A stretch of 64,000 nt of DNA. Origin: Schlesneria paludicola DSM 18645. Its GTDB lineage: Bacteria > Planctomycetota > Planctomycetia > Planctomycetales > Planctomycetaceae. The first letter of the stretch is position 1. Each line of letters starts with the position of its first letter. The DNA is taken from NCBI RefSeq assembly GCF_000255655.1, contig NZ_JH636436.1:654985-718984 (forward strand). The letters run 5' to 3'. Below the pieces are notes generated by a model, which made no database searches, had not been told where the DNA came from, and worked only from the letters and a program-made list of their open reading frames with translations. Positions 46,440 through 57,180 of this stretch are shown in pieces. The position numbers were made by a program, and so were the translations under genes.

Positions 46440-47308
46440 GGTGACACCGCCAATGCGATGCGTGTTTTTCCGCCTGACTGAAGCAAAGGCAGCGGTTCCA
46501 GGTGCAGGGCGGGTAGATCGAGGCAGCGCCCTGCTCGCATGACGTCGAACTGGGTTCCGCAATCTGGACACGAAAGCACACTGCCCGAAAGAGTGCCCGT
46601 TTTCAGCGAGTTTCCGCAGTGTGAGCAACCGTTTTGATAGGCGTAAAGACCCGTGTTCAAACGTAGAAATAACACGCTTTGATCGTGCAGGTCGCGCGTG
46701 TCGACTTCTCCGTCGGCCAGGTCATGTAAGCCCGCGATTTCCTCCCACTGCATTGCCGAAGCCGCATCGGCGGCATGCTCGAACGATTCGAGCGGAATGA
46801 ATCCGGGCAATGAGGCGGGAACGACACCCTCGACTTCCAGACCCAGAACATCAGGAGCATGTTCACTGATCGCTTCTTCGATCGCCATCTTGAGTGTCAT
46901 CGCGGACGACGGGCAGCCGTGACAACTTCCTTGGAGCTGCAGCCGGACAAGTCCTTCGTCGATTTCCAAGAGTTCGACATTTCCGCCATGCGACTTCAGG
47001 TAGGGTCGAACCTGCTCCAGAGCTCGTCCCACGCGCGTCACCAGATCGACAGGATGCAATTCGTGCAGAAGTAACAATCCCGCAACCAGTTGGTCCTCGG
47101 CAAGTCGCAGGATGGCCCCTTCGCTGGTGGCGATCTGCTGTGTCACGATCTTCAACAAACGCTCTAAACCAGTGCGGTGCAGTTCCATCACCAATTGCAC
47201 CAACTCGGTGGCGGTATCACGAACCTCCTCATCCGCGAGATGATCGAGGCGTGCGACAAGCGTGTCGATCATCTCAAGCCTCGTGTGCAACGTTGCCTGT
47301 TCGGTCAT
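46436..47308 (-). CDS. NifU-like Fe-S cluster assembly domain protein with C-terminal Cys-rich module
   Basis: NifU C-terminal domain signature (LKSHGGNVELLEIDEGLVRLQLQGSCHGCPSS) plus CSHCG...CPDCG. Confidence 0.65.
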   Translation of the reverse strand: MTEQATLHTRLEMIDTLVARLDHLADEEVRDTATELVQLVMELHRTGLERLLKIVTQQIATSEGAILRLAEDQLVAGLLLLHELHPVDLVTRVGRALEQVRPYLKSHGGNVELLEIDEGLVRLQLQGSCHGCPSSAMTLKMAIEEAISEHAPDVLGLEVEGVVPASLPGFIPLESFEHAADAASAMQWEEIAGLHDLADGEVDTRDLHDQSVLFLRLNTGLYAYQNGCSHCGNSLKTGTLSGSVLSCPDCGTQFDVMRAGRCLDLPALHLEPLPLLQSGGKTRIALAVSP

Positions 47309-47418
47309 GTCTGGTTGCCCCTTTTCATGAAACGGGAACGAAGCGACAAATCAACCGTTCTGGTCGAAAGAAGCGTGGATGACGCCGTGTCGTCAACGGC
47401 ACCCGATCGCGTTGTGGG

Positions 47419-49224
47419 TCACGTCTGTTGAAAATGCTGTCCGAACATCGGCGAATGATTCAGGTCCAGGTGCTTTCCATTTCCCAAATACATATGCACT
47501 CCGCATGGCAGGCAAGGATCGAAACTTCGGACAGCGCGCATGATGTCGATCCCTTTGAAATTTTCCGGTCCGTTTTCTTCGAAGATGGGTGTGTTCTGGA
47601 CCGCGTCTTCATACGGGCCGGGAGTTCCATAGATATCTCGTGGATTCGCATTCCAGGGCGTTGGAGGATACGGGTGATAGTTCGCAATCTTTCGGCCGCG
47701 GATCACGACGTGGTGCGACAAGACACCGCGAACGGCCTCGTGGAATCCGCATCCGATGGCCTCATCGGGGACTTTGAACTCTGTCCAGGTCTTGGTTCGA
47801 CCCACGTGCAATTCCTTCATCGCCTTTTCGGCAAAATAAAGTGCGCATCCTGCGGCATAGGCCTGAAAATAGGTACGGGCACGATCGCGTTCAATCGCGT
47901 TGCTCCACTGGGGAATCTTCCATTCGAATTCGACTTCCGGCTTGGTTGCCGTTTTCGGCAGGTAAATCTTGACGCTGGTCCCCGTCGACTTCACGTATCC
48001 GATATCCACTTTGCCAGCCAATGCTGTGGCCCAGAATCGAGCGATCGGTCCGCCGCCAGTATCCAATGCCAGGTAGTCGCCGGTGCGTTTGTCGAACCAA
48101 CGCGGGCACATGACCCAGGTGTAGTTTCCGTTGAAATCTCGCTTCTGTGGTTTCGGGATTGTTGTCTGATTCCAGGGGTGACGCTGATCCACCGGGTTGC
48201 CCAGCGGGTCTTGTTTGACAAACGTCTCTTTGTCTTCCCAGTCCTCATAGTAAGAGCTGCCGAGTAAGATTCGTATGCCGAGATTGATGTCCACGAGATC
48301 CGTCGTGACAAGTTTTCCGTCGACGACAATGCCTGGCGTGACGAACATCTGGTTGCCCCAGTCATTCATCCGCTTGTACGTATAGTCACAATGGTCGGGG
48401 TCTTGAAAAGATCCCCAGCAGCCCAGCAGGATTCGTCGGCGTCCCACTTCCTCATAACCGGGCAGTGCCTGGTACCAGAAGTCGAAGAGATCGTCGTGTA
48501 GCGGCAGGCATTTTTTCATGAACTCGACATATCGCATCAAACGCACGATGTAGTCGGTGAAAAGCTGAACCGTTGGAACCGTTCCGACGCCGCCGGGATA
48601 CAGTGTGGAAGGGTGAACGTGGCGACCTTCCATCAGGCAGAACATTTCGCGGGTGTAGCGGCTGACCAGTAATGTTTCGCGGTAGAATTCTCCTGTAAAT
48701 GGATTCAGAGCGCGCATGATGTCGGCGATCGTTTTGAATCCATGGTCCGCGGCATGAGGCGCTTCCGTCTTCTCTGCGAGCGCCAGGACACCAGGGTTCG
48801 TTTCGCGAACCATTTGTTCGCAGAAGTCGACCCCAACCAGATTATCCTGGAAAATGTTGTGGTCGAACATGTACTCGGCGGCCTCACCCAGGTTGACGAT
48901 CCATTCGGCAATCGCGGGCGGCCGTACTCCAAAAGCCATGTTCTGGGCATAGTTTGCACAACAAGCGTGATTGTCGCCGCAGATGCCGCAAATGCGGCTG
49001 GTGATAAAGTGCGCGTCGCGCGGATCTTTGCCTTTCATGAAGACGCTGTATCCGCGAAAGATCGACGATGTGCTGAAGCATTCAGCGACCTTTCGATTGC
49101 CGAAGTCGATCTTGGTGAAGATTCCCAAGCTACCCACGATGCGCGTAATTGGGTCCCAATTCATCTCAACGAGATTGCTGCCTTCCGCGCGATTTCGTTT
49201 CCTTGGCTCGACGGTTGTGGCCAT
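47419..49224 (-). CDS. [NiFe]-hydrogenase large subunit, group 1h/5-type signatures
   Basis: AGGAG 8 nt upstream of the chosen ATG. L1 motif TSRICGICGDNH and L2 motif SFDPCLPCGVH. Confidence 0.9.
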   Translation of the reverse strand: MATTVEPRKRNRAEGSNLVEMNWDPITRIVGSLGIFTKIDFGNRKVAECFSTSSIFRGYSVFMKGKDPRDAHFITSRICGICGDNHACCANYAQNMAFGVRPPAIAEWIVNLGEAAEYMFDHNIFQDNLVGVDFCEQMVRETNPGVLALAEKTEAPHAADHGFKTIADIMRALNPFTGEFYRETLLVSRYTREMFCLMEGRHVHPSTLYPGGVGTVPTVQLFTDYIVRLMRYVEFMKKCLPLHDDLFDFWYQALPGYEEVGRRRILLGCWGSFQDPDHCDYTYKRMNDWGNQMFVTPGIVVDGKLVTTDLVDINLGIRILLGSSYYEDWEDKETFVKQDPLGNPVDQRHPWNQTTIPKPQKRDFNGNYTWVMCPRWFDKRTGDYLALDTGGGPIARFWATALAGKVDIGYVKSTGTSVKIYLPKTATKPEVEFEWKIPQWSNAIERDRARTYFQAYAAGCALYFAEKAMKELHVGRTKTWTEFKVPDEAIGCGFHEAVRGVLSHHVVIRGRKIANYHPYPPTPWNANPRDIYGTPGPYEDAVQNTPIFEENGPENFKGIDIMRAVRSFDPCLPCGVHMYLGNGKHLDLNHSPMFGQHFQQT

Positions 49225-49333
49225 GAACGGACTCCTGTGAAGCAAGCAGAACTTGATTGGAGATTTCAGTGCATCGCGAAATGTTTGGACCACGATCGTG
49301 GTCTGTCATGTTTCGAAGAGGAACGTTTTGCAG

Positions 49334-50395
49334 CTACTTCGACTTGACGTATTTGCTCTGATAGCCCGTCGTCAGCGTCGGTTGGTTATGTCGCCACTTT
49401 GGTTCTTTGTTGAGTTTCCGCTGCGTCATCCGGCGTAATGGCGTGATGATCTTGCCGTAAAACTTCGATGCCAAAGTCGAGACTCGTGCGCCTGGTGGCT
49501 CGTCCATAAAGGGCATGAACTTGTCAGGAAAACCGGGCATTGTGCAGCCGATGCAAATTCCCCCCACGTTCGGACAACCTCCGATGCCGGCCATCCAACC
49601 TCGTTTCGGGACATTGCAGTTCACGACGGGGCCCCAGCAGCCGAGTTTGACCAGGCACTTGGGTGATCCATATTCCGATGCGAAGTCCGACTGTTCGTAA
49701 TAACCCGCTCGATCGCAGCCTTCGTGAACCGTGCGCTCGAACAGCCATTTCGGTCGTAACGCTTCGTCAAGCGGGATCATGGGGGCCAGACCCGCGACCT
49801 GGTACAACAGGTACAGCAGTGTTTCCATGAAATTGTCGGGCTGGACGGGACATCCCGGCACGTTGACGATCGGAAGTCCGGACTTCGACTTCCAGTCCCA
49901 GCCCAGGTAATCTGCGACACCCATGGCACCCGTCGGATTGCCAGCCATGGCATGAATTCCACCGTAGGTCGCACATGTACCAGCACAGACAACGGCCACG
50001 GCTTTGGGGGCGAGCCGGTCAATCCATTCGTTGGTGGTAATCGGTTGGCCTGTTTTTGAGTCGGTTCCCAGTGCCGCCCAGTAGCCTTCGGACTTAATCT
50101 TTTCGTTGGGAATCGATCCTTCGAGGACCAGTACGAAAGGATCAAGTTCTCCGCGAGCGGCCTGATGCCAGTACTTCATGAAGTCGTCTCCGACCTCATA
50201 GGCAATGACGGGGTTGTGAACATGGACTTTGGGCAAGCCTGGAATGGCCCCCAAGACAATGTTCTCAATACTGGGTTGGCTGGCGGCCGTGATCGAGACA
50301 GAATCGCCATCGCAACTTAGTCCCGTTGTCATCCAGACGATATGAATTTCTGCAATGTCTGGTTTTCGCTTGGCTTGGATCGCGGGTGAGGGCAT
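49334..50395 (-). CDS. [NiFe]-hydrogenase small subunit (no Tat signal)
   Basis: Proximal, medial and distal Fe-S cluster Cys motifs (GLSCDGDS, CAGTCATYGG, CPNVGGICIGC); no RRxFxK leader. Confidence 0.9.
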   Translation of the reverse strand: MPSPAIQAKRKPDIAEIHIVWMTTGLSCDGDSVSITAASQPSIENIVLGAIPGLPKVHVHNPVIAYEVGDDFMKYWHQAARGELDPFVLVLEGSIPNEKIKSEGYWAALGTDSKTGQPITTNEWIDRLAPKAVAVVCAGTCATYGGIHAMAGNPTGAMGVADYLGWDWKSKSGLPIVNVPGCPVQPDNFMETLLYLLYQVAGLAPMIPLDEALRPKWLFERTVHEGCDRAGYYEQSDFASEYGSPKCLVKLGCWGPVVNCNVPKRGWMAGIGGCPNVGGICIGCTMPGFPDKFMPFMDEPPGARVSTLASKFYGKIITPLRRMTQRKLNKEPKWRHNQPTLTTGYQSKYVKSK

Positions 50396-50713
50396 TCGAA
50401 ATTCTCCTTCTAAGCGGCTTTAGGCCTGGCTAGATCCATCACATTTTTCAGACAACCCCCTTGTTGATTCGAAGTGGGGCGATCGTTTGGACCGCGACGG
50501 CGATTTGCAGCAAGGACGCAAATACGAAGCTCCTGCCGCGTTTTAGATGGGGCAACAGCGCAGGGTATGGCCGAAATCTGCCAACCTGACGCGGTGGGAT
50601 TGAGGGATCTTGTTTGCCATGTCTTGATGCCGTCCGGCTGACTGCACCGCCTGCTGTCTCCGCCCCAGGATCGGCGGGGGTTCGAGCGAACGATGATGCA
50701 GCATGAGTCGCCA

Positions 50714-51799
50714 TCAGCAAATCCTTGGCAGCTGTTCCCCGGCTAGCATTGTCACAACTCGCTCGCCGCCGATCATCGATTTCAGCACAACGATGCCGGG
50801 GTGATCAGAGACAATTTCGCCAATCGCGACGGCGTTCTTCCCCAGTCGATTGCTGCGCATCACTTGCAACAGGCCCTCAGCCGCATCTGCAGGGACGACC
50901 GCGACGAGCTTGCCTTCATTGGCAACATAGAGGGGGTCGAGGCCCAGCATTTCGCAGGCACCGCGGACTTCGCGGCGTATCGGCAGGCGGGACTCCCACA
51001 GTTTGACGCCGACGCCCGACGCATCCGCCAGTTCATTCAGTGTGCTGGAAACGCCACCCCGGGTCGGGTCACGCATGCAGCGAATTTTAGGGCAGGCCTT
51101 GAGCATCGCTTCGGTCAGTGCATTCAATGGCGCAGAATCGCTTTCCAGTACCGTTTCGAACTCAATTCCTTCTCGTTGCGACATAATGGTTACGCCATGA
51201 TCGCCGATTGTCCCAGAGATCAGTACCTGGTCACCAGGACGGGCATTGTGAATCGACAATGAACGACCTTCTGGAATCCAACCGATTCCCGAAGTGGTGA
51301 TGAAGACCTGATCGCCTTTGCCACGATTCACGACCTTGGTGTCACCTGTGACAAGGGTGACTCCCGCGTCTTTGCACGCGGTGCGCATGGAGGCCACGAT
51401 GCGTCGCAAATCCTCAATCAGCAAGCCTTCTTCCAGGATGAAGGCGGCAGAGAGGAATTGCGGAATTGCTCCTCCTACGGCCAAATCATTCACGGTGCCA
51501 TGTACGGCCAGCGTTCCGATGTCGCCGCCCGGGAAGAAGAGCGGTTGCACGACGAAGGAGTCGGTTGTGAAAGCCAGGCGGGGGATCAGATGGCTGTTGG
51601 ATCTGATCCAGCCAGACAGATCGAGCGTCGCTTGATCCTCAAGTGCCGCGAGGACGGGATTGTCCCACTCTTGCAGAAACGTATTTCGGATCAAATCGGC
51701 CGACATTGTCCCGCCACTACCGTGTCCCAAGAGGACCCGGTCAGATTTGCTGATGGGACGAGGGCAGCTCAATTGCCCAATGTTGATGGCGCCGGGCAT
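50714..51799 (-). CDS. hypE: Hydrogenase maturation factor HypE
   Basis: AIR-synthase-like fold with C-terminal PRIC (HypE Cys-terminus). Confidence 0.9.
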   Translation of the reverse strand: MPGAINIGQLSCPRPISKSDRVLLGHGSGGTMSADLIRNTFLQEWDNPVLAALEDQATLDLSGWIRSNSHLIPRLAFTTDSFVVQPLFFPGGDIGTLAVHGTVNDLAVGGAIPQFLSAAFILEEGLLIEDLRRIVASMRTACKDAGVTLVTGDTKVVNRGKGDQVFITTSGIGWIPEGRSLSIHNARPGDQVLISGTIGDHGVTIMSQREGIEFETVLESDSAPLNALTEAMLKACPKIRCMRDPTRGGVSSTLNELADASGVGVKLWESRLPIRREVRGACEMLGLDPLYVANEGKLVAVVPADAAEGLLQVMRSNRLGKNAVAIGEIVSDHPGIVVLKSMIGGERVVTMLAGEQLPRIC

Positions 51800-51865
51800 A
51801 CCGTTCCTATCAGAAATTCAGTGCCGCACTCAAAACCAAGTGGGATGGGCTCGACCAACCCTCAT

Positions 51866-52981
51866 TTAGATTTCTGAACCCGCGGCAACGGGATGCCGCA
51901 ATCGCCCATAGTTGTAGTAAGCCGCGCAGGCACCTTCAGACGACACCATGGTGGCTCCCAAAGGATGTTCGGGCGTGCATGATTTGCAGAACGCCTGGCA
52001 TTGATGAGGCTTTCTAATACCTTGCAAAATCAAACCGCTGATACATTGTTCCGATTCGTGGACCGTGACCTGTTGAACATTGAATCTCGTTTCGGCATCG
52101 AACTGTTGATACGGTTCGGTCAGGCGGTAGCCGCTCAAGGGAATTTCGCCGATTCCGCGCCATTTGCGATCGCAGACTTCGAATACTTGGTGAATCAGTT
52201 CAATGGCACGTGGGCTTCCGTCACGGCGGACCGCGCGTGAGTATTGATTGCCGACGCCGACTTGCCTCCGTTCGAGCATGCAGACGCACTCGTAGATTCC
52301 TTCAAGAAGATCAAGTGGCTCGAAGCCTGTGACCACGATCGGAATCTGAAACCGTTCGGCGATTGGGACGTATTCTTCCAACCCCATTACGGCACATACG
52401 TGCCCTGCGCCAAGAAAGCCCTGAACTCGGTTGTCGAGTGACGAAAGGATGGCGGACATTGCCGGGGGAACGAGTACATGAGAGACCAGCACCGCGAAAT
52501 TGCTCAGTTTTCGCTTCTTGGCCTGCGCAACGGCCATGGCATTTGCTGGCGCGGTGGTTTCAAACCCGACCGCAAAGAAGACCACGACGCGATGTGGGTT
52601 TTGCTCGGCAATCTTCAGGCAATCGAGTGGCGAATACACAATCCTGACATCAGCACCCGTCGCTTTGATGGCAAAGAGGTCAGACTGGCTACCCGGCACT
52701 CGCAACATGTCTCCGAACGAGCAAAATATGACATCCGACCGCGTCGCAATCGCGATCGCCTTGTCAATCAGTTCAAGCGGTGTGACGCAGACCGGACAAC
52801 CCGGCCCGTGCACCAGTTCAACGCCATTCGGCAGTAGTTCATCGATTCCATATTTCACAATTGTATGTGTTTGCCCGCCGCACACCTCCATGATCGTCCA
52901 GGGGCGAGTGACGACGCGAGAGATAGCGGTTATCAATTGCTTTGCCGCGACGGGATCACGGTATTCATCTTGAAATCTCAT
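51866..52981 (-). CDS. hypD: Hydrogenase maturation factor HypD
   Basis: [13 protein letters not shown] and CxxC...C Fe-S motifs. Confidence 0.9.
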   Translation of the reverse strand: MRFQDEYRDPVAAKQLITAISRVVTRPWTIMEVCGGQTHTIVKYGIDELLPNGVELVHGPGCPVCVTPLELIDKAIAIATRSDVIFCSFGDMLRVPGSQSDLFAIKATGADVRIVYSPLDCLKIAEQNPHRVVVFFAVGFETTAPANAMAVAQAKKRKLSNFAVLVSHVLVPPAMSAILSSLDNRVQGFLGAGHVCAVMGLEEYVPIAERFQIPIVVTGFEPLDLLEGIYECVCMLERRQVGVGNQYSRAVRRDGSPRAIELIHQVFEVCDRKWRGIGEIPLSGYRLTEPYQQFDAETRFNVQQVTVHESEQCISGLILQGIRKPHQCQAFCKSCTPEHPLGATMVSSEGACAAYYNYGRLRHPVAAGSEI

Positions 52982-52990
52982 GGTTGCCTT

Positions 52991-53284
52991 TCACGAGATT
53001 CTGGCGCGGAATGAGTCGCGATCGTCTGCGACGAACGTTTCACCGTGACTTAGTTCCTGCAGATCATCCATTTCCTTCAGGAACTGAAAGACTCGCTGTG
53101 CCTCATCGGCGTCGATGACTTGTAACGAAAAGCCGACATGCACAATCACGAAATCTCCAATCTGGGCTTCGGGTGTGTGTTGCAGGCAGACACGCTTGAA
53201 CACGCCGCCAAAGTCGACTTTCGCCATCAACATGTCGTGTTCAGAATAGGTCTCGATGACCTCGCCGGGAATGCCGAGGCACAT
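52991..53284 (-). CDS. hypC: Hydrogenase assembly chaperone HypC
   Basis: MCLGIPGEV N-terminus. Confidence 0.85.
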   Translation of the reverse strand: MCLGIPGEVIETYSEHDMLMAKVDFGGVFKRVCLQHTPEAQIGDFVIVHVGFSLQVIDADEAQRVFQFLKEMDDLQELSHGETFVADDRDSFRARIS

Positions 53285-53298
53285 GACGACTCCCTCTG

Positions 53299-55644
53299 TT
53301 ACGGACCAGGATATGATGCCGCCGCGACGGCCAACTGACCCAGACTGATTCCGCCGTCGTTACAAGGAACGAGATGTTGGCGATAAACCTTGAAGCCATC
53401 TTTCGACAACTGTTGCGCCACTTCGATGGAGAGCAAGGAGTTCATGAAGACTCCGCCACTCAGGACGACTTGCTCGAGCGCGAACTCAGTTCGCAGCTTA
53501 TGACAGATGCGTTTCGTCACGTCCGTGATTGTGGAATGAAAACGTCTGGCAATCAATTCCCTTTCAGCAAAATCAGAAATATCTTGAAGAATCGCTCGAA
53601 TCAATGGGCGTGTGTCGATGCTGAAGCACGTTCGCCTATTCAGATCAAGTTCCATATCAAGTTCGAATGGATACGCGTGATCTGGTGAGGCTTGGCTTGC
53701 GAGTAATTCCAATTCCACGGCCGCCTGCCCTTCGAAGGTGACCGTGGTTCGTATTCCTAATAGCGCTGCGACCGCATCGAACAAACGCCCCATGCTTGAC
53801 GTTAACGGGGTGTTGAATCGGCGACTCACCATTTGGTAAATCGTTCTTGCCGCGTCGTGCCCGACGTGTTCGATCAGGGCAGGCGATTGGCAGTCGGCAT
53901 CGATCAAGTGAGCCATCGCGCTGCGCCAGGGCTCGCGAATGGCCGCGTCTCCACCCGGAAGCCCGACATAACGCAGGTGAGCAAAACGTTCAAAGCCTTG
54001 ATAGTCGGCGACCAGGAATTCTCCTCCCCAAATATGCCCATCAGTTCCGTAACCGGTTCCGTCGAAGGCAACGCCAATCACGGGCCCCGATAATGAATGC
54101 TCGGCCATACAACTGGCGATATGTGCGTGGTGATGTTGCACGGCCAGTAACCGAAGAGACTGTTCGGCGGCACGGCGCCGTGCGTACGTGGTCGAGGCAT
54201 AATCGGGATGCAGATCATGCACGACGCAGGCAGGGCGTGTTTCGAAGACTGCTTCAAAGAGCCCGATGTCGCGTTCAAACGCTTCGAACGCACTGAAGTG
54301 ATTCAGGTCTCCCAGATGATGACTCAGAACGGCACGCTTCTCATGACCTAATGCAAAGGTCGACTTGAGCTGCCCCCCGACGGCGAGGGTCGGCAGGGCG
54401 AGGGCAATCGGCAGCGATAATGGTTCCGGTGCGTAACCTCGAGATCGCCTCAGAAGCGTTTCAACACCGTCGATCGATCGAACGACGGAATCGTCGCATC
54501 GAACGTGGATCGAACGATCGTGGGCGAGGACGAGATCTACGATGTTTTCGAGCCTGGCGATTGCATCGTCGTCGTCGTAGGCGATTGGTTCGTCCGCACG
54601 ATTGCCACTGGTCATCACCAGAATTGAGGACTCGACAGCACTCAACAAGAGATGATGCAACGGCGTATAGGGGAGCATCATTCCGAGATTAAGGCTGCTC
54701 GGGGCAATCGACGGGGCGACGGTTTCCGCGCGATCATCTTGACGAGTTCGCAATAGTACAATCGGCCGGCGCGGCGATCGAAGTAGTGCGGCTTCCGCTG
54801 AGTCGACCTCACAGTAGCGTCGAGCTTCATCGACGCTGTCGACCATCAGCGCGAACGGCTTTTGATCACGGTGTTTCCGGCGTCTGAGTTCGGAGACCGC
54901 AGAGTTGTTGCGAGCGTCACAGACGAGGTGATAGCCGCCCAGCCCTTTCAAGGCACCAATCTTTCCGTTCCGGATCGCCGCTACGAAATCGCAGACTGGG
55001 TCCGTAGTTTCGATTGGCTGGCCTGTGTTCGTCAGAAGTCGCAATCGTGGGCCGCAGGCCGGGCATGCAATCGGTTGAGCATGGAATCGACGATCGGCCG
55101 GATTGACGTATTCGCGTCGGCAATCCGCACACATTGTGAAGATGGCCATGGTTGTTCGCAGGCGATCATACGGAGCTCCGCGGATGATCGTCAGGCGCGG
55201 GCCACAGTTCGTGCAGTTGACGAATGGATACAGATATCTTCGGTCACTTGGATCAAAGAGTTCTCGGACACAATCGGCACAGGTGGCAACATCGGGTGAG
55301 ATCGAGATTGCCGATGGAACTTCGCTGTCGATGCTTTCCTTGATCTGAAAATCGACGTCGCCGAGAAGCGGCAGCGAACGCGATTCAACCGACTCGATTC
55401 GTGCCAGCGGCGGGGCGCCACTTGTGAGCATGATCGAGAACTCCACGACCGATTCGGGAAGGCCTTCGATTTCAACATGCACCATCCCGGATTGGTTTCG
55501 CACGAAACCCACGAGTCCCAAGTCGGTCGCGATCCGATGTACGAAGGGCCGAAACCCAACGCCCTGAACGATCCCTCGCACGAGAAAAGCGCGGCGTTCG
55601 CACGTCGTCTGTGGGATGCCAAGACTAGGACGTTTCACGGACAT
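53299..55644 (-). CDS. hypF: Carbamoyltransferase HypF
   Basis: Acylphosphatase domain (VQGVGFRPFV), two CxxC-x18-CxxC zinc fingers, YrdC and Kae1-like domains. Confidence 0.9.
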   Translation of the reverse strand: MSVKRPSLGIPQTTCERRAFLVRGIVQGVGFRPFVHRIATDLGLVGFVRNQSGMVHVEIEGLPESVVEFSIMLTSGAPPLARIESVESRSLPLLGDVDFQIKESIDSEVPSAISISPDVATCADCVRELFDPSDRRYLYPFVNCTNCGPRLTIIRGAPYDRLRTTMAIFTMCADCRREYVNPADRRFHAQPIACPACGPRLRLLTNTGQPIETTDPVCDFVAAIRNGKIGALKGLGGYHLVCDARNNSAVSELRRRKHRDQKPFALMVDSVDEARRYCEVDSAEAALLRSPRRPIVLLRTRQDDRAETVAPSIAPSSLNLGMMLPYTPLHHLLLSAVESSILVMTSGNRADEPIAYDDDDAIARLENIVDLVLAHDRSIHVRCDDSVVRSIDGVETLLRRSRGYAPEPLSLPIALALPTLAVGGQLKSTFALGHEKRAVLSHHLGDLNHFSAFEAFERDIGLFEAVFETRPACVVHDLHPDYASTTYARRRAAEQSLRLLAVQHHHAHIASCMAEHSLSGPVIGVAFDGTGYGTDGHIWGGEFLVADYQGFERFAHLRYVGLPGGDAAIREPWRSAMAHLIDADCQSPALIEHVGHDAARTIYQMVSRRFNTPLTSSMGRLFDAVAALLGIRTTVTFEGQAAVELELLASQASPDHAYPFELDMELDLNRRTCFSIDTRPLIRAILQDISDFAERELIARRFHSTITDVTKRICHKLRTEFALEQVVLSGGVFMNSLLSIEVAQQLSKDGFKVYRQHLVPCNDGGISLGQLAVAAASYPGP

Positions 55645-55883
55645 CCGGTCACTTGTCTCCGATCGAGTTTATTCTGAATCTCGCGGGTAGCGTATCACGA
55701 AACGAAGGGCTCTCGGAATCGGACAATCGCCTTTTTCTTCGTGCGTATGTGATGTGCATGTGACGGATGATTCGATGGCAAGTTAATATCACGTTGTCGA
55801 CGTCATATTCCGGGCGCGATTCGATTTCTGGATTTGCCGTTGTGCGTCGAGTGTCGGCTTGCCACTTCCATGGAGCATCAATA

Positions 55884-56750
55884 ATGATCACACGTAGGAT
55901 GTTCGCCACGGTGTTTGTCGTCACACTGTGGTCTGTGATGGGAGTTGACTCTTCCTCACCGTTACGAGCGCAAGAGTCAGAGGGTCTGAGCGATTCCATC
56001 ATGCAAATGACGCTGGGACGCGTCGTTTCGGGTGATGTCCAGGTGCTTGATTTGACTTATTCCTTGAATGAGAAGACCCCGTTTTGGCCGGGCGACGATT
56101 ATCAGCCATTTCAATTGCGCACAATTGCGACCTTGGAAAAGAACGGCGTTTCATCCAAAGCATTTTCGATGCCCGAACATTTTGGAACGCATATCGATGC
56201 GCCATGCCATTTTGAAAAAGGAACACCGACTGTCGACGAGATAGCGATCGGCGATTTGTTCGCACCCGGTGTCGTGATCGACGTCACTGTTCAGGCGGAA
56301 GCGAATGCCGACTATCGCTTGTCTGTCGACGATCTATCGGCCTGGGAAACACGTCATGGACGAATTCCGGATCGTGCCGTCGTCTTTCTGAAGACGGGTT
56401 GGAGCCGCTTCTGGAATAGCAACGCCCGCTATCGAAACCAGGATCTCCATGGGACAATGCATTTCCCGGGTTTCTCAGAGGAATCGGCTCGGTGGTTACT
56501 GAAAGAGCGCGATGTTCGTGGGGTGGGAATCGACACACTGAGCATTGATCATGGACCTTCAAAAAACTTCATCGTCCATCATGTGATCAATGGCGCGGGT
56601 CGTTACGGTCTTGAGAACGTGGCGGATTTGGACATGCTTCCCCCGCGAGATTTCATTCTGATCGTGGCTCCCATCAAGATCACGTCCGGCACTGGCGGGC
56701 CGACGCGACTCTTTGCTGTCCTGCCTTTGCGAAAGCCTTTGGCTGAATAA
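55884..56750 (+). CDS. Secreted cyclase-family protein (kynurenine formamidase-like)
   Basis: Start set at the internal Met with a signal peptide (MITRRMFATVFVVTLWSVMG). HFGTHIDAPCHF metal-binding motif. Confidence 0.7.
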   Translation: MITRRMFATVFVVTLWSVMGVDSSSPLRAQESEGLSDSIMQMTLGRVVSGDVQVLDLTYSLNEKTPFWPGDDYQPFQLRTIATLEKNGVSSKAFSMPEHFGTHIDAPCHFEKGTPTVDEIAIGDLFAPGVVIDVTVQAEANADYRLSVDDLSAWETRHGRIPDRAVVFLKTGWSRFWNSNARYRNQDLHGTMHFPGFSEESARWLLKERDVRGVGIDTLSIDHGPSKNFIVHHVINGAGRYGLENVADLDMLPPRDFILIVAPIKITSGTGGPTRLFAVLPLRKPLAE

Positions 56751-56841
56751 GATCAATCTGCAAATTGAATCAATTTGGTTGATTTCCCGGCGCTGATTCA
56801 TAGTTTGCAGATTCGGAGCAGGCGTAGTTGTGACTTGATGT

Positions 56842-56977
56842 GGTAACCGTTTACAGTCCGAAGAGAGGGGGGCAGGCACATTTTCCCGGTTGATTGGAAC
56901 CCACAGCGCATCGACGAGGGTAATCCTTCCCTTTACGCGGGGAAATGAGCCAGTCCCCGGCCTGTGAACGGTTACCG
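56842..56977. repeat. MITE-like element copy 3 (intact 15-bp TIRs ggtaaccgtttacag / ctgtgaacggttacc)
   Basis: Intergenic; best-preserved copy of the family. Confidence 0.65.
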
Positions 56978-57180
56978 TGACGTGATCAATCGCCGAGCTT
57001 GCCCAAAGCAATGTGTTCGTTGACTCCAATTGCTGTATGCCGTTCAATCTAAGTTGAATCTGAGGCACGTCACAGATCTGGTCAACGACTGTTGGATTCC
57101 GATGGCGTCTTTGTTCTGATGTGAATCAGCTATTTTCAGATTGATTCAGTCGATTTGATCGAGCTTGTGCGAGGGTTTCG

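Noticed and set aside
44216-49438. Numerous small ORFs antisense to the hydrogenase structural and accessory genes
   Set aside because: Shadow ORFs within well-supported genes.
50448-50720. 90-aa ORF between hypE and the hydrogenase small-subunit gene
   Set aside because: Low-complexity Ala/Arg/Pro composition. It lies in the probable promoter/leader of the structural hydrogenase genes.
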